This document shows, piece after piece, positions 1-10,480 of a DNA stretch of 64,000 nucleotides (the first letter of the stretch is position 1; the number at the start of each line of letters is the position of its first letter). Source of the DNA: Bdellovibrio sp. GTDB taxonomy: Bacteria; Bdellovibrionota; Bdellovibrionia; Bdellovibrionales; Bdellovibrionaceae. The stretch is taken from assembly GCA_036677065.1 (NCBI GenBank), contig JAKFBS010000002.1, positions 416,001 through 480,000 of the forward strand. The letters are read 5' to 3'. The position numbers and the translations under genes were made by a program. A model generated the notes under the pieces. That model saw only the letters and a program-made list of their open reading frames with translations. It was not told the DNA's origin and ran no database searches.

Positions 1-1477
1 CTTTAACTTTATTAGTGATTTCATTAGAAACTTTTTTCAAAAATCCTTGCGGAAAATCAAACCAGTCAGCGGTCATTCCATCAATTGATGTCACCGCGCG
101 AAGTGCAAGTACCGAATCATAAGTTCTGCCATCACCCATCACACCCACTGTTTGCACCGGTAAGATCACGCAGAAGGCCTGCCAGATTTGATCATAGATA
201 CCATCGCGGCGAAGTGCCGAGATATAAACATCATCTGCTTTTTTTAGAATTTCTAATTTTTCTTTAGTCACTTCACCGATCACACGAATGCTTAAGCCCG
301 GCCCTGGAAAAGGGTGACGGCCGATCATATCTTGCGGAAGACCTAACTCTAAGCCAAGTTTACGCACTTCATCTTTAAATAAATAACGAACCGGCTCGAC
401 AAGCTTAAGATTCATTTTATCTGGCAAACCACCCACATTGTGATGCGATTTAATCGTCACACTGCCACCAACGCTTGAAATACTTTCGATCACGTCAGGG
501 TAAAGAGTACCTTGCGCCAAAAATTTAATTTTACCTTGAGTGTGTTTTAATTCATCTTTAATAACTTCATCAAAGGCTTCGATAAATGTTCGACCGATGG
601 CCTTACGTTTCTTCTCGGGATCAGAAAGACCTGCTAACGCAGATAAAAATTCTTTTTCTTTATCAACACCGTGAACATTTAAACCAAAATCTTTATATTG
701 AGTTAAAACTTTTTCGAATTCATTTAACCGAAGCAAACCGTTATTGATAAATACGCAGTGAACGCGCTCTGCGCCAAGTACTTTTGTAAGTAATGTCGCT
801 ACAACACTTGAATCCACGCCGCCTGATAAGGCACATAAAACATGATCATCAGGGCCTACCGTTTTTAAAATCATGTCCGTACATTCGCTCACTAATGATT
901 TTGCATTCCAGTCAGCTTTCACTTTAAAATTTTCTAAAAAGGCCTGAAGAATTTCTTTACCATATTCTGAATGAGAAACTTCAGGATGGTATTGCAAAGC
1001 CCAATAGCGGTCTGAATAAAAACCTGCAATATGATCTTCTGTGGTACACAGCAATTGCGCCTCTGAAGGAATTTTTGTAACTACGTCCCCGTGACTCATC
1101 CACACATTCACTGTATTTGGGATATTATTAAAAGTTTTTTTCCAAACTACTGGTTTATGGCCGTATTCACGATGTTTTGCCGATTCAACCGCACCACCCA
1201 TTTGATGGGCTAACAGCTGCATGCCGTAACAAATTCCTAATACCGGGGCGACTTCTAAAACTTCTTGAACATTTTTAGTCGGAGATTCAGATTCATAAAC
1301 TGAAAATGGACCGCCACTTAAAATAATCGCGTCCGGTTTGAAATCTCTAATATCTGAAATTTCTGTTTTATAACTTTTAATTTCACAGTAATAACCTAAT
1401 TCACGTAAACGACGAGCAATAAGCATGGTTACTTGTGAGCCGAAATCTAATATCAAAACTTTTGAATGCTGTAACAT
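1..1477 (-). CDS. guaA: GMP synthase (glutamine-hydrolysing), 3' end runs off the window
   Basis: Not in the ORF track. Read manually from ATG 1477: MLQHSKVLILDFGSQVTMLIARRLRELG..., with GICYGMQ, ALSGGVDS, HPFPGPGL and DGMTADW motifs; directly downstream of guaB. Confidence 0.97.
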   Translation of the reverse strand, partial: MLQHSKVLILDFGSQVTMLIARRLRELGYYCEIKSYKTEISDIRDFKPDAIILSGGPFSVYESESPTKNVQEVLEVAPVLGICYGMQLLAHQMGGAVESAKHREYGHKPVVWKKTFNNIPNTVNVWMSHGDVVTKIPSEAQLLCTTEDHIAGFYSDRYWALQYHPEVSHSEYGKEILQAFLENFKVKADWNAKSLVSECTDMILKTVGPDDHVLCALSGGVDSSVVATLLTKVLGAERVHCVFINNGLLRLNEFEKVLTQYKDFGLNVHGVDKEKEFLSALAGLSDPEKKRKAIGRTFIEAFDEVIKDELKHTQGKIKFLAQGTLYPDVIESISSVGGSVTIKSHHNVGGLPDKMNLKLVEPVRYLFKDEVRKLGLELGLPQDMIGRHPFPGPGLSIRVIGEVTKEKLEILKKADDVYISALRRDGIYDQIWQAFCVILPVQTVGVMGDGRTYDSVLALRAVTSIDGMTADWFDFPQGFLKKVSNEITNKVK

Positions 1478-1486
1478 AATCTAATT

Positions 1487-2950
1487 CTATTCCAATCTGT
1501 AATTCGGAGCTTCTTTTGTAATACTGACATCGTGCACATGCGATTCTTTTAATCCAGAACTTGTGATTTGCACGAACTGCGCTTTACTTTGTAATTCTTC
1601 GATATTGCGAGCACCGATGTAGCCCATACCTGATTTTAATCCGCCCACTAACTGATGAATGATACCGCTGGCATTTCCTTTATAAGGAACTTTTCCTTCG
1701 ATGCCTTCGGGTACTAATTTATCTTCGTCATTTGTATCCATTTGGCCGTAGCGATCTTTTGACCCCAAAGCCATAGCGCCAATTGAACCCATACCGCGGT
1801 AAACTTTATAAGTACGGCCTTGATATAATACTGTCTCACCCGGAGACTCTTCTGCACCGGCTAATAAATTTCCGATCATCACTGAATTTGCACCAAGCGC
1901 TAAAGCTTTCGTTACATCACCAGAATATTTAATCCCGCCATCAGCGATAATTGTTTTACCTAATTTTTTTGCGATCGCAGAACATTTCATGACCGCAGAA
2001 ATTTGCGGCATACCCACACCTGCTACCACGCGTGTTGTACAAATACTTCCTGGGCCTACACCCACTTTAACAACATCAGCACCATGTTCGATTAACATTT
2101 TCGTGGCGTCTTCAGTCACCACGTTACCTGCAACAAGAACTACGTCTTTGTATTTACTGCGAACGTATTTAACCATTTCGATCACATTTTTAGAATGGCC
2201 GTGAGCTGTATCAACACAGATTACGTCAATATGATTTGCCACAAGCGCATCAATACGATCAGTGCTTCCAACACCCACGCCCACCGCAGCACCGGTGATT
2301 AAACGTCCACGACTATCTTTTGTTGATTGCGGGAATGCCTCTGATTTTTCAATATCTTTAATCGTGATTAAACCTTTTAACATGCCAGCGGCGTTCACCA
2401 CCGGTAATTTTTCAATGCGGTGTTTTTGTAAAATGTTTTTAGCCTGATCAAGGGTTGTGCCTTCAGGAGCCGTGACTAAATTATCTTTCGTCATGATATT
2501 ACGAATCGGTTGATTTACATTTGTTTCAAATCGTAAATCACGATTTGTCAGAATTCCCACAAGCTTACCTTGTGAAGTGATCGGAACGCCTGAAATTGAA
2601 TACTTCGCCATAACTTTTAAGGCTTCATGCACATAATGATCCGGAGATAGGGTGATGGGATCTTGAATCATACCCGATTCGTATTTTTTAACTTTTTCAA
2701 CTTGAAAGGCCTGATCTTCGATCGACATGTTTTTATGGATGATTCCAAGACCACCGTTTTGCGCCATGATCCTAGCGATGCGGTGTTCGGTCACAGTATC
2801 CATAGCTGCCGAAATAACCGGAGCATTAAGAAAAATATCTTTGGCGAAAAAACTTTTTGGAACAACTTCAGTGGGAACCACTTCAGAAAATTGCGGAACT
2901 AATAAAATATCATCGAAGGTTAAAGCAAGATCGAAAGTCTTGGTAGACAT
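1487..2950 (-). CDS. guaB: IMP dehydrogenase
   Basis: GPGSICTTR catalytic motif, CBS pair, YRGMGS. Confidence 0.98.
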   Translation of the reverse strand: MSTKTFDLALTFDDILLVPQFSEVVPTEVVPKSFFAKDIFLNAPVISAAMDTVTEHRIARIMAQNGGLGIIHKNMSIEDQAFQVEKVKKYESGMIQDPITLSPDHYVHEALKVMAKYSISGVPITSQGKLVGILTNRDLRFETNVNQPIRNIMTKDNLVTAPEGTTLDQAKNILQKHRIEKLPVVNAAGMLKGLITIKDIEKSEAFPQSTKDSRGRLITGAAVGVGVGSTDRIDALVANHIDVICVDTAHGHSKNVIEMVKYVRSKYKDVVLVAGNVVTEDATKMLIEHGADVVKVGVGPGSICTTRVVAGVGMPQISAVMKCSAIAKKLGKTIIADGGIKYSGDVTKALALGANSVMIGNLLAGAEESPGETVLYQGRTYKVYRGMGSIGAMALGSKDRYGQMDTNDEDKLVPEGIEGKVPYKGNASGIIHQLVGGLKSGMGYIGARNIEELQSKAQFVQITSSGLKESHVHDVSITKEAPNYRLE

Positions 2951-2983
2951 AGTGAGTACTCCATTGTTGTACTCAAAAGTGTA

Positions 2984-3484
2984 TCAATACCAGGATTTAT
3001 AGAGCAAATAATTATCAGCAGACTGGTCGAGGAACTTGATTTCTTCCTCGGTGAGTCGACGTTTAAACACTGCAGGACGACCCACGATTAATGAATAGGG
3101 TTCAAACTTCTTACCTTCAGTGACTAAACTTCCAGCACCAACCACCGAATGCTCACCGATTTCAGCGCCATCCATAACAATTGAGCCCATACCAATTAAA
3201 CATTTACGGCCAATAGTACAGCCATGAAGAATCACATTATGGCCAATCGTAACACGCTCAGCGACTTTGCAGGCAAACTTACCGTAAGTGCCGTGCAGAA
3301 CTGAACCATCTTGAATGTTAGTCTCAGCCCCTATGGTGATCGGCATCACATCACCACGAATGGTAACATTATACCAAACAGAGGCGTGATTACCTAAAAC
3401 CACATCGCCAATGATGCGCGCGTTGTCAGCGATAAATACCTCTTCACCAACGATAGGTTTTTTACCACGTGCTTCGATAATCAT
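2984..3484 (-). CDS. gamma-carbonic anhydrase family (YrdA/PaaY-like) hexapeptide-repeat protein
   Basis: IRGD, TNIQDG, TIGH..ILHGC motifs; left-handed beta-helix repeats. Confidence 0.9.
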   Translation of the reverse strand: MIIEARGKKPIVGEEVFIADNARIIGDVVLGNHASVWYNVTIRGDVMPITIGAETNIQDGSVLHGTYGKFACKVAERVTIGHNVILHGCTIGRKCLIGMGSIVMDGAEIGEHSVVGAGSLVTEGKKFEPYSLIVGRPAVFKRRLTEEEIKFLDQSADNYLLYKSWY

Positions 3485-4032
3485 TAGTGTAACAATTCTT
3501 TCTTAACAGCAACATTACGCTGATTCATGACGATGTGAGCTGTTTCATCCATTGAGGTTGTCGACATCACTTTAGATTTTTGGATATAACTTTTTGTCGC
3601 AAAAAACGGAACTTTTAAATGTAAACATAAGCTCATCGCTTCATCCGCACGAAGTTTGATACTTTGGTATTTCGCATGACCTGTCATGAAAATGCGAACG
3701 TACTGGTGATTACCAGTGATCTCGATAAACACACAGCGTTCGATACGAATATCTAAGCTAGATAATAATTTTTCTAAAAATGCATGCGGCGTAGTTGTAA
3801 CTTGTGTGGGGCTTGATTGCGATAAAGCCACACCCGCTTCAATTTGTGTAACTGCAACTGGAAGTGTGTGCTCACCTAGTGCGTCTTTTAAGATTAAAAA
3901 TGGGCGAGCATTGTCGTTATTCAAACTTAAGCCGTAAGGTTTTAACTCGACTAAATCATCATCATCAAAACCAAACTTTTCGTCTTGCTGAGAGTTAAAT
4001 AAAAAATCGGCTTTCATATTTTCAACGACCAT
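3484..4032 (-). CDS. bifunctional nuclease / DUF151 family protein
   Basis: P-x-L-I-L-K...LPV.V...EA...PH pattern and R..EA..L; degenerate relative to the canonical RPSDA. Confidence 0.65.
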   Translation of the reverse strand: MVVENMKADFLFNSQQDEKFGFDDDDLVELKPYGLSLNNDNARPFLILKDALGEHTLPVAVTQIEAGVALSQSSPTQVTTTPHAFLEKLLSSLDIRIERCVFIEITGNHQYVRIFMTGHAKYQSIKLRADEAMSLCLHLKVPFFATKSYIQKSKVMSTTSMDETAHIVMNQRNVAVKKELLH

Positions 4033-4034
4033 AA

Positions 4035-5432
4035 TTATTGAACCAATTCTCCACGTAAAACATTTGGAGTCGAAGAGATAATTCTGACAGGAACTGTTTT
4101 GCCGATCAAGTCACTTGAACCTAAGAAATAAACTGATTTGTTCTGCGTGCTACGACCGAAAGCTTTACCTTGTTCATTTACGCTTTCAACTAATACTTTT
4201 AAAGTTTGGCCAGTGTATTTAGCCACTAGTTCAAAAGCTAATTTATCATGAACATCAAATAAATGATTTAAACGGCGATTTTTAACTTCTTCAGGCAATT
4301 GGTCTTCAAATTTTGCAGCTTTTGTGAACGGACGAGGCGAATACATGAAAGCAAAAATTGTTTCATAACCAATTTCTTCAACCATTGTCACAGTGTCGTT
4401 AAATTCTTCTTCAGTCTCGCCAGGAAAACCGACAATGATGTCAGTTGATAAAACTAAATTCGGAATAATTTTTTTCATCTGGTTGATTTTAGCGATGTAC
4501 TCTTCACGCGTATAATTGCGATTCATTCTATCAAGAATACGAGTGTTGCCACTTTGAAAAGGCAAATGAACGTATTCGCAGATTTTATCCTGGTGATCAG
4601 CCATAACGTGCATTAATTTTTCATTAAAGTCTTTAGGATGAGATGTCGTGTAACGAATTCTTTCGATATCAGTCTCTGTGGCTACTTTTTTTAATAAGTC
4701 AGCGAAATCAAGACCGTCTTCAGATTCGTATGAATTTACGTTTTGTCCAAGCAACGTTACTTCTTTAACACCACGTTGAATTAATGTTCTAACATCCATC
4801 ATGATGTGTGAAAGAGGACGGGATTTTTCGCGGCCACGAGTGTACGGAACGATACAGAACGTGCAAAAATTATCACAGCCTTTAGTGATATTTACGAAAG
4901 TAGATACACCTGGATTACGCACTAGAGTTTCAACATGGTAAGGCGCGCGATGTTCAAATTTTGCATTTACTGCTTTAGTGTTCGTCTCGAACACTTGAGT
5001 AACTAAGTTTGGTAATTGGTCGATATTATCCGTACCGAATACGAAATCGATCAACGGTTGATTTTTAATTAAATTTTCTTTTTCTTGTTGGCCGACGCAG
5101 CCACCAACGCCAATTTTAAGATTTGGATTTTTCTTTTTTAAAACTTTAAAAGTTCCAACTTCTGAATAAACTTTATGAACGGGCTTTTCACGCACTGAGC
5201 ACGCATTGATGATAATCAACGAAGCTTCTTCTGCAGTTTTCACCGGAGTAAAGTTTGCCATCTCTAAAAGAGAATGCATACGTTCTGTGTCATTTACGTT
5301 CATTTGGCAGCCATACGTAGAAATATAAACGCCGCGCCCTAAACCCACATCGCTGTTGAGGTAATTTTTAGAAATTTCAGGCATAGAATTTTCAACTGAA
5401 GATGTATCAGAGATGACATTAAGATCCGTCAT
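4035..5432 (-). CDS. miaB: tRNA-2-methylthio-N6-dimethylallyladenosine synthase
   Basis: TYGCQMN, GCDNFCTFC radical SAM motif, C-terminal TRAM domain. Confidence 0.96.
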   Translation of the reverse strand: MTDLNVISDTSSVENSMPEISKNYLNSDVGLGRGVYISTYGCQMNVNDTERMHSLLEMANFTPVKTAEEASLIIINACSVREKPVHKVYSEVGTFKVLKKKNPNLKIGVGGCVGQQEKENLIKNQPLIDFVFGTDNIDQLPNLVTQVFETNTKAVNAKFEHRAPYHVETLVRNPGVSTFVNITKGCDNFCTFCIVPYTRGREKSRPLSHIMMDVRTLIQRGVKEVTLLGQNVNSYESEDGLDFADLLKKVATETDIERIRYTTSHPKDFNEKLMHVMADHQDKICEYVHLPFQSGNTRILDRMNRNYTREEYIAKINQMKKIIPNLVLSTDIIVGFPGETEEEFNDTVTMVEEIGYETIFAFMYSPRPFTKAAKFEDQLPEEVKNRRLNHLFDVHDKLAFELVAKYTGQTLKVLVESVNEQGKAFGRSTQNKSVYFLGSSDLIGKTVPVRIISSTPNVLRGELVQ

Positions 5433-5559
5433 TGCGTTTGCTTCCTTTGTACTTGAGAAATATGAACCCCCGAGATATAAAAAACCCCTCTGTAACAGTC
5501 AATGAATACTCTCTAAACCGTGTATTAAAAACTCTGTTTATAAGAATGAGGATGTAGCC

Positions 5560-6153
5560 ATGAAGCCACGTTATAAAATTAGCCAAAAATGGACCCCGTT
5601 CCCTGTTGAGTTCAGCGATCAGATCAGATCAGTTTTTGTGCAGAATTTCGAAAAAGACATGGGAAAAACCATGAGTCTGTCGGTAAATGGCCGTATTTAT
5701 CAGAAAGAAATAACGCTGCGTGTTGGTCTTCACTCTAAGGGCGAACTTAAACACTTCAATATCGAAGCCTCGGTAGATCTTCCACCAAATCCAACTAAAG
5801 ATGAAAACAAAGTTTTTGAAACAATTTCTATCGCTGTTGATGCCCTAGCAAGTTTAGTGGCCGAATATTTTGAAAATGATCGCGAATTAGAAGTTCCCTT
5901 CACATGGACAGAAACAAAATTCGAAGGCGGAACAGTTTGGATTCAGCACTCTACTGAAAACCCAGACCTTGAAGCTGAAGCTAATAAATTATTGGGTCTA
6001 GTCGATGACGAAGAAGGCGTATTAAAAGATGCTGCCGATGAAAAGTCAGAAGACATCCTAGACGCTACCGAGGAAGAATTTGATGAGTTCGCCGAGAATC
6101 TTTCAAGCGAACCACAAATGTTCAAAAAAAAGAAAAAGGATGATTTACACTAG
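5560..6153 (+). CDS. hypothetical protein with acidic C-terminal tail
   Basis: 197-aa ORF with GAGGA RBS, divergent from miaB. Confidence 0.75.
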   Translation: MKPRYKISQKWTPFPVEFSDQIRSVFVQNFEKDMGKTMSLSVNGRIYQKEITLRVGLHSKGELKHFNIEASVDLPPNPTKDENKVFETISIAVDALASLVAEYFENDRELEVPFTWTETKFEGGTVWIQHSTENPDLEAEANKLLGLVDDEEGVLKDAADEKSEDILDATEEEFDEFAENLSSEPQMFKKKKKDDLH

Positions 6154-6178
6154 CTGAAAAATCAGCCACCATAATCGT

Positions 6179-6529
6179 ATGGCTGAAGTTAGAGATATTC
6201 CTGCAGGCACTACTCTTTTCTACGAGGGCGAAATTCCCGACAATATGTATGTCGTGAAAAAAGGCGGCTTCGACATTCTCAAAAAAATCGATGGCAACGA
6301 AGTTAAAGTCAGCGAAGCCAAAGAAGGCCAACTGATTGGCGAAATGGCCTTATTTGACTTAAAACCAAGATCTGCAACGATCAAATCCAATCAAGATTCA
6401 TCAGTCGTGGTATTACCTTATGTAAATTTATTAGATCAGTTAGATAAATTACCAGCTTGGGTAAAAATCGTCATGCGCACGTTATCTGATAACTTACGCA
6501 AAACCACAGAACAAATGATGAAGAAATAA
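6179..6529 (+). CDS. stand-alone cyclic nucleotide-binding domain protein
   Basis: LFYEGE...MYVVKKG...IGEMALFD.KPRSATI cNMP-binding signature. Confidence 0.9.
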   Translation: MAEVRDIPAGTTLFYEGEIPDNMYVVKKGGFDILKKIDGNEVKVSEAKEGQLIGEMALFDLKPRSATIKSNQDSSVVVLPYVNLLDQLDKLPAWVKIVMRTLSDNLRKTTEQMMKK

Positions 6530-6550
6530 GTTTAAAAAAAATTATGAATA

Positions 6551-6582
6551 AAAAAGGGAAGCTCTAATCAGCTTCCCTTTTT
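6551..6582. terminator. bidirectional intrinsic terminator
   Basis: AAAAAGGGAAGC-tctaatca-GCTTCCCTTTTT between convergent genes. Confidence 0.85.
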
Positions 6583-6608
6583 CGTTTCTCGATTTGCAAA
6601 GCGAGGAT

Positions 6609-7451
6609 CTAGTAATCCCCGTCGTCATCCATACTTGGCGCATCGCCAATACCGCGGATTTCGTCAGAGAAAGATTGAACTTCATCGTCGTTACCGTCGT
6701 TTTCGTTCAATGCTGATTCATCGATTTCAAGTTCTTGGATGGCCATTAAGAATTCTTTTTCTGATTTAAGATCTTTTCTAATCATTTCTAAGAATTTATC
6801 TGGGTAGCGAGATGTTAAGTCTTCAACGTATTTTTCTAATTTACCATCAATTAAAATAGCTTTTCTGATTTGGATTTTCTTCCAAAGTAATAAGTAGTGA
6901 AAACGGCAGTAACCTTCAACACTGGCTACTTGATCGCAATCACGAACGCGGCATAAACGACGACCTTCAGAATCGGTAAGATAAATTTCTTCATCTTTTT
7001 GTTCTTCTTCTTCGTCATCTGATAATTCTAAATTTTCGTCTTCATCAACTTCTTCAACTTCTTTTAAATCATCTTCGTAATCAGAAATTTCTGAATCGCC
7101 AAAATTATCATCAAATAAATCATCATCTTCTTCGGCTGTCGCTTTTTTCTCAGTCTTTTTAGATTTAGATTTAAGCTTAGCGTCAGCCTTTGGAGCCTTA
7201 ACGCTCTCGGCCACAACTGCTTTAGTTTCTACTTTTTTAGGAGCTTCGGCTTTCTTTAAAACAGGCTTTGCTTCTTTTTTAAGAACAACTTTTGCTTTAG
7301 GTGCGGGCTTAGCAACAGGCTTAGCTGCCACTTTTGCCTGAACTTTGGCTTTTATCACAGGTTTAGCTACCGGTTTTGCCTTAGTTGCGGGCTTTGCAGT
7401 CGCTTTTGTAACAACTTTTGCTTTAATTTTAGACGCAATCTTTTTAGCCAT
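6609..7451 (-). CDS. hypothetical protein: K/A/P-rich N-terminus, acidic middle, CCCH-type motif
   Basis: Start moved to ATG 7451 (GGAG RBS); repeated AKP/KA units, D/E tract, CRVRDC-x9-CRFH. Confidence 0.8.
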   Translation of the reverse strand: MAKKIASKIKAKVVTKATAKPATKAKPVAKPVIKAKVQAKVAAKPVAKPAPKAKVVLKKEAKPVLKKAEAPKKVETKAVVAESVKAPKADAKLKSKSKKTEKKATAEEDDDLFDDNFGDSEISDYEDDLKEVEEVDEDENLELSDDEEEEQKDEEIYLTDSEGRRLCRVRDCDQVASVEGYCRFHYLLLWKKIQIRKAILIDGKLEKYVEDLTSRYPDKFLEMIRKDLKSEKEFLMAIQELEIDESALNENDGNDDEVQSFSDEIRGIGDAPSMDDDGDY

Positions 7452-7572
7452 GAGTACTCCTGAAGTAATATACAAAATAGCGTTGCGACATAATGCAAAT
7501 ACTGTCAACCGCTTTTATTGAAGTTCTTTTCGCTCTCGTGTTAAATTAATTTTTTAACAAAGGAAAAAGTCT

Positions 7573-8751
7573 ATGGAAAAAATCGTAATCGTATCAGCAC
7601 AACGTACTCCTGTTGGAAGTTTTCAAGGTCAATTATCTACACTTGCAGCGCCGCGCTTAGGTGCGATCGCTATTAAATCTGCATTAGAAAAAGCTAACGT
7701 TAAAACTACTGAAATTGATGAAGTGATCATGGGCCAAGTGTTAACGGCCGGTGTTGGACAGGCTCCTGCACGTCAAGCAGCTATATACGCTGGCATTGCA
7801 AACTCTGCAGTGTGCATGACGATCAATAAAGTTTGTGGATCTGGTTTAAAAGCTGTGATGCTTGCAGCAGATTCTTTACGCCTAGGTCACACAACAATCG
7901 CAGTTGCTGGCGGACAAGAAAATATGTCTTTAGCGCCCCACTTATTAGAAAATTCTCGCAATGGTTACCGCATGGGCTCAGTGCAAATGATCGATTCAAT
8001 GGTTAAAGATGGCCTTTGGGATCCTTACAATAATTTTCACATGGGCAACGCCGCTGAAATTTGTTCGCGTGAATTTTCATTCACTCGTGAAGCGCAAGAT
8101 GCATTTGCTATTGATTCATATAAAAAAGCTCAGGCCGCAACAGCTGCAGGTCATTTCAAAAATGAAATCGCAGAAGTTACTATCGAAGGCAAAAAAGGTA
8201 ATGTCGTTGTTAACATCGATGAAGAACCAACAAAAGCAATGTTTGATAAAATGCCAGGTTTAAAACCTGCGTTTGAAAAAGACGGAACAATCACTGCAGC
8301 AAATGCTTCAAAAATTAACGATGGCGCTGCGGCAGTTGTATTAATGACTGAATCAGAAGCTAAAAAACGTGGCTTAAAACCATTAGCTACAATCATTTCA
8401 CAAGCTACTTTTGCTCAAGAACCTAAGTACTTTACTACAGCTCCGGTTGGCGCGATTAAAAAATCACTTCAATTTGCATCACTTAATGTAAATGATATCG
8501 ATTTATTCGAAATCAACGAAGCCTTTGCGAACGTAACTATGGCTGCACAAAAATCTTTAGAAATTCCAGCTGAAAAAACAAATGTGCACGGTGGTGCGAT
8601 TGCGATCGGTCATCCCATCGGTGGATCTGGCGCGCGTATTTTAACTACCCTTGTTCACTCTCTTCACACGCGCAATGCAAAACGTGGTTTAGCTACATTA
8701 TGCATCGGCGGCGGCGAAGCAGTTTCTGTAATCATTGAAAAATATAACTAG
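7573..8751 (+). CDS. atoB: acetyl-CoA C-acetyltransferase (thiolase)
   Basis: NKVCGSG, NEAF, GHPIG, LCIGGG motifs. Confidence 0.93.
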   Translation: MEKIVIVSAQRTPVGSFQGQLSTLAAPRLGAIAIKSALEKANVKTTEIDEVIMGQVLTAGVGQAPARQAAIYAGIANSAVCMTINKVCGSGLKAVMLAADSLRLGHTTIAVAGGQENMSLAPHLLENSRNGYRMGSVQMIDSMVKDGLWDPYNNFHMGNAAEICSREFSFTREAQDAFAIDSYKKAQAATAAGHFKNEIAEVTIEGKKGNVVVNIDEEPTKAMFDKMPGLKPAFEKDGTITAANASKINDGAAAVVLMTESEAKKRGLKPLATIISQATFAQEPKYFTTAPVGAIKKSLQFASLNVNDIDLFEINEAFANVTMAAQKSLEIPAEKTNVHGGAIAIGHPIGGSGARILTTLVHSLHTRNAKRGLATLCIGGGEAVSVIIEKYN

Positions 8752-8759
8752 AGGATATT

Positions 8760-9458
8760 ATGTCTACTAAAGTTTATGCTAATGCAAAAGAAGCCCTAAA
8801 AGGTGTCGCCGATAATATGACATACTTAGTGGGTGGTTTTGGTCTTTGCGGAATTCCTGAAAACTGCATCGAAGCCCTTCGCGATTCAGGTGTAAAAAAC
8901 ATCACTTGCGTCAGTAACAACGCCGGCGTTGATGATTTTGGTTTAGGTTTATTATTAAAAACCCGTCAGATTAAAAAAATGATGTCTTCATATGTGGGCG
9001 AAAACGCGACATTTGAAAAACAATTCATGTCTGGCGAATTAGAACTAGAATTTTGCCCACAAGGTACATTAGCAGAACGACTACGCGCTGGTGGCGCTGG
9101 CATTCCTGCATTCTACACACCGACTGGTGTGGGAACTAAAATCGCCGAAGGCAAAGAAGTTCGCCAATTTGATGGCCGTGACTTCGTTTTAGAAAAAGGA
9201 ATTACCGGAGATTTCGCATTTGTTAAAGCCTGGAAAGGCGACAAATTCGGAAATCTAGTTTTTAGAAAAACTGCTCGCAATTTTAATCCAATGATTGCTA
9301 CTGCCGGAAAAATCACAGTCGCTGAAGTTGAAGAGTTAGTTGAAATTGGCGAATTAGAACCAGATCAAGTTCACACTCCTGGAGTATACGTGCAAAGAAT
9401 TTTCAAAGTGACTAACCAAGAGAAACGCATCGAACAACGTACCGTCAGAAAAGGTTAA
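8760..9458 (+). CDS. scoA: 3-oxoacid CoA-transferase subunit A
   Basis: [24 protein letters not shown] motifs. Confidence 0.93.
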   Translation: MSTKVYANAKEALKGVADNMTYLVGGFGLCGIPENCIEALRDSGVKNITCVSNNAGVDDFGLGLLLKTRQIKKMMSSYVGENATFEKQFMSGELELEFCPQGTLAERLRAGGAGIPAFYTPTGVGTKIAEGKEVRQFDGRDFVLEKGITGDFAFVKAWKGDKFGNLVFRKTARNFNPMIATAGKITVAEVEELVEIGELEPDQVHTPGVYVQRIFKVTNQEKRIEQRTVRKG

Positions 9459-9462
9459 ACGT

Positions 9463-10119
9463 ATGCCATTAAATAAAGAACAAATTGCACAAAGAATTTC
9501 TCAGGAAGTACAAGATGGCTACACAGTTAATCTTGGTATCGGTATTCCAACTTTGGTTGTGAATTATATTCCGCCAACAAAAACTGTTATGTTTCAAAGC
9601 GAAAACGGATTATTAGGCATGGGCCCTTTTCCGCTGGAAGGCACTGAAGACGCTGATCTTATTAATGCCGGAAAACAAACTGTGACTGCATTAAAAGGCG
9701 CAAGTTTTTTTTCAAGCGCAGATAGTTTTGCGATGATTCGCGGTGGCCACATTGATTTAACTGTTCTGGGTGCGATGGAAGTCGACGAAAATGGAAGCAT
9801 CGCCAATTGGATGGTTCCAGGTAAAATGGTTAAAGGCATGGGCGGCGCGATGGATTTAGTTGCGGGCGCAAAAAATGTAATCGTAGCTATGCAACACGTA
9901 GATAAAGAAGGTAATTCAAAACTTCGCACAAAATGCACACTGCCGTTAACAGGTGTAAAGTGTATTAAAAAAATCGTTTCTGATTACGGCGTAATTGATG
10001 TCACCGAAAATGGTTTTGTCTTACGTGAATATGCTCCCGATCTTACAGCTGAAGCTGTTGTTAAAGCCACTGAAGGCAAAATGACAATCGCACCAGATTG
10101 TAAGCCGATGACATTTTAA
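9463..10119 (+). CDS. scoB: 3-oxoacid CoA-transferase subunit B
   Basis: NLGIGIP, QSENG, GMGGAMDL motifs. Confidence 0.93.
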   Translation: MPLNKEQIAQRISQEVQDGYTVNLGIGIPTLVVNYIPPTKTVMFQSENGLLGMGPFPLEGTEDADLINAGKQTVTALKGASFFSSADSFAMIRGGHIDLTVLGAMEVDENGSIANWMVPGKMVKGMGGAMDLVAGAKNVIVAMQHVDKEGNSKLRTKCTLPLTGVKCIKKIVSDYGVIDVTENGFVLREYAPDLTAEAVVKATEGKMTIAPDCKPMTF

Positions 10120-10331
10120 TGGGAGATATTTCTCTTTCATCACTAGCTGCGGGCTTTGTTTTTGGAGTCATTGGCTTTTGGCTCATTAAAGAAGGCAAAC
10201 GTCGCACAGAGGTGCGTTTAGTCATCATCGGCATTACGATGATAGGTTATTCGTACTTCACCGGTTCGCCGTTCGCTGACTGGGGAATAGGCCTTGGGCT
10301 ATGCGGGCTTGCTTATTTTTGCTGGGTGTAA
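10119..10331 (+). CDS. small membrane protein
   Basis: 70 aa, about 3 hydrophobic segments, TAATG coupling to scoB. Confidence 0.7.
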   Translation: MGDISLSSLAAGFVFGVIGFWLIKEGKRRTEVRLVIIGITMIGYSYFTGSPFADWGIGLGLCGLAYFCWV

Positions 10332-10428
10332 CTTTAATCGCCCATGCTGTTTTCTAGAGTGAAAACTTGAGTATAAAATTCATGCAAGTCACAATTTTGA
10401 GCTAGTGCCGAAGCGATACTGTTCCAAT

Positions 10429-10444
10429 TGGCCCTGTGATTGCT
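10429..10444 (+). promoter_or_regulatory. sigma54-type -24/-12 promoter
   Basis: TGGCCCTGTGATTGCT (GG-N10-GC) upstream of the 10481 ORF. Confidence 0.7.
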
Positions 10445-10480
10445 TTAGTGATCTTCCGAACTCATATCGGGAGATATTAA

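Noticed and set aside
7573..10119. Thiolase-scoAB cluster as an unusual pathway
   Set aside because: An ordinary acetoacetate / amino-acid catabolism operon.
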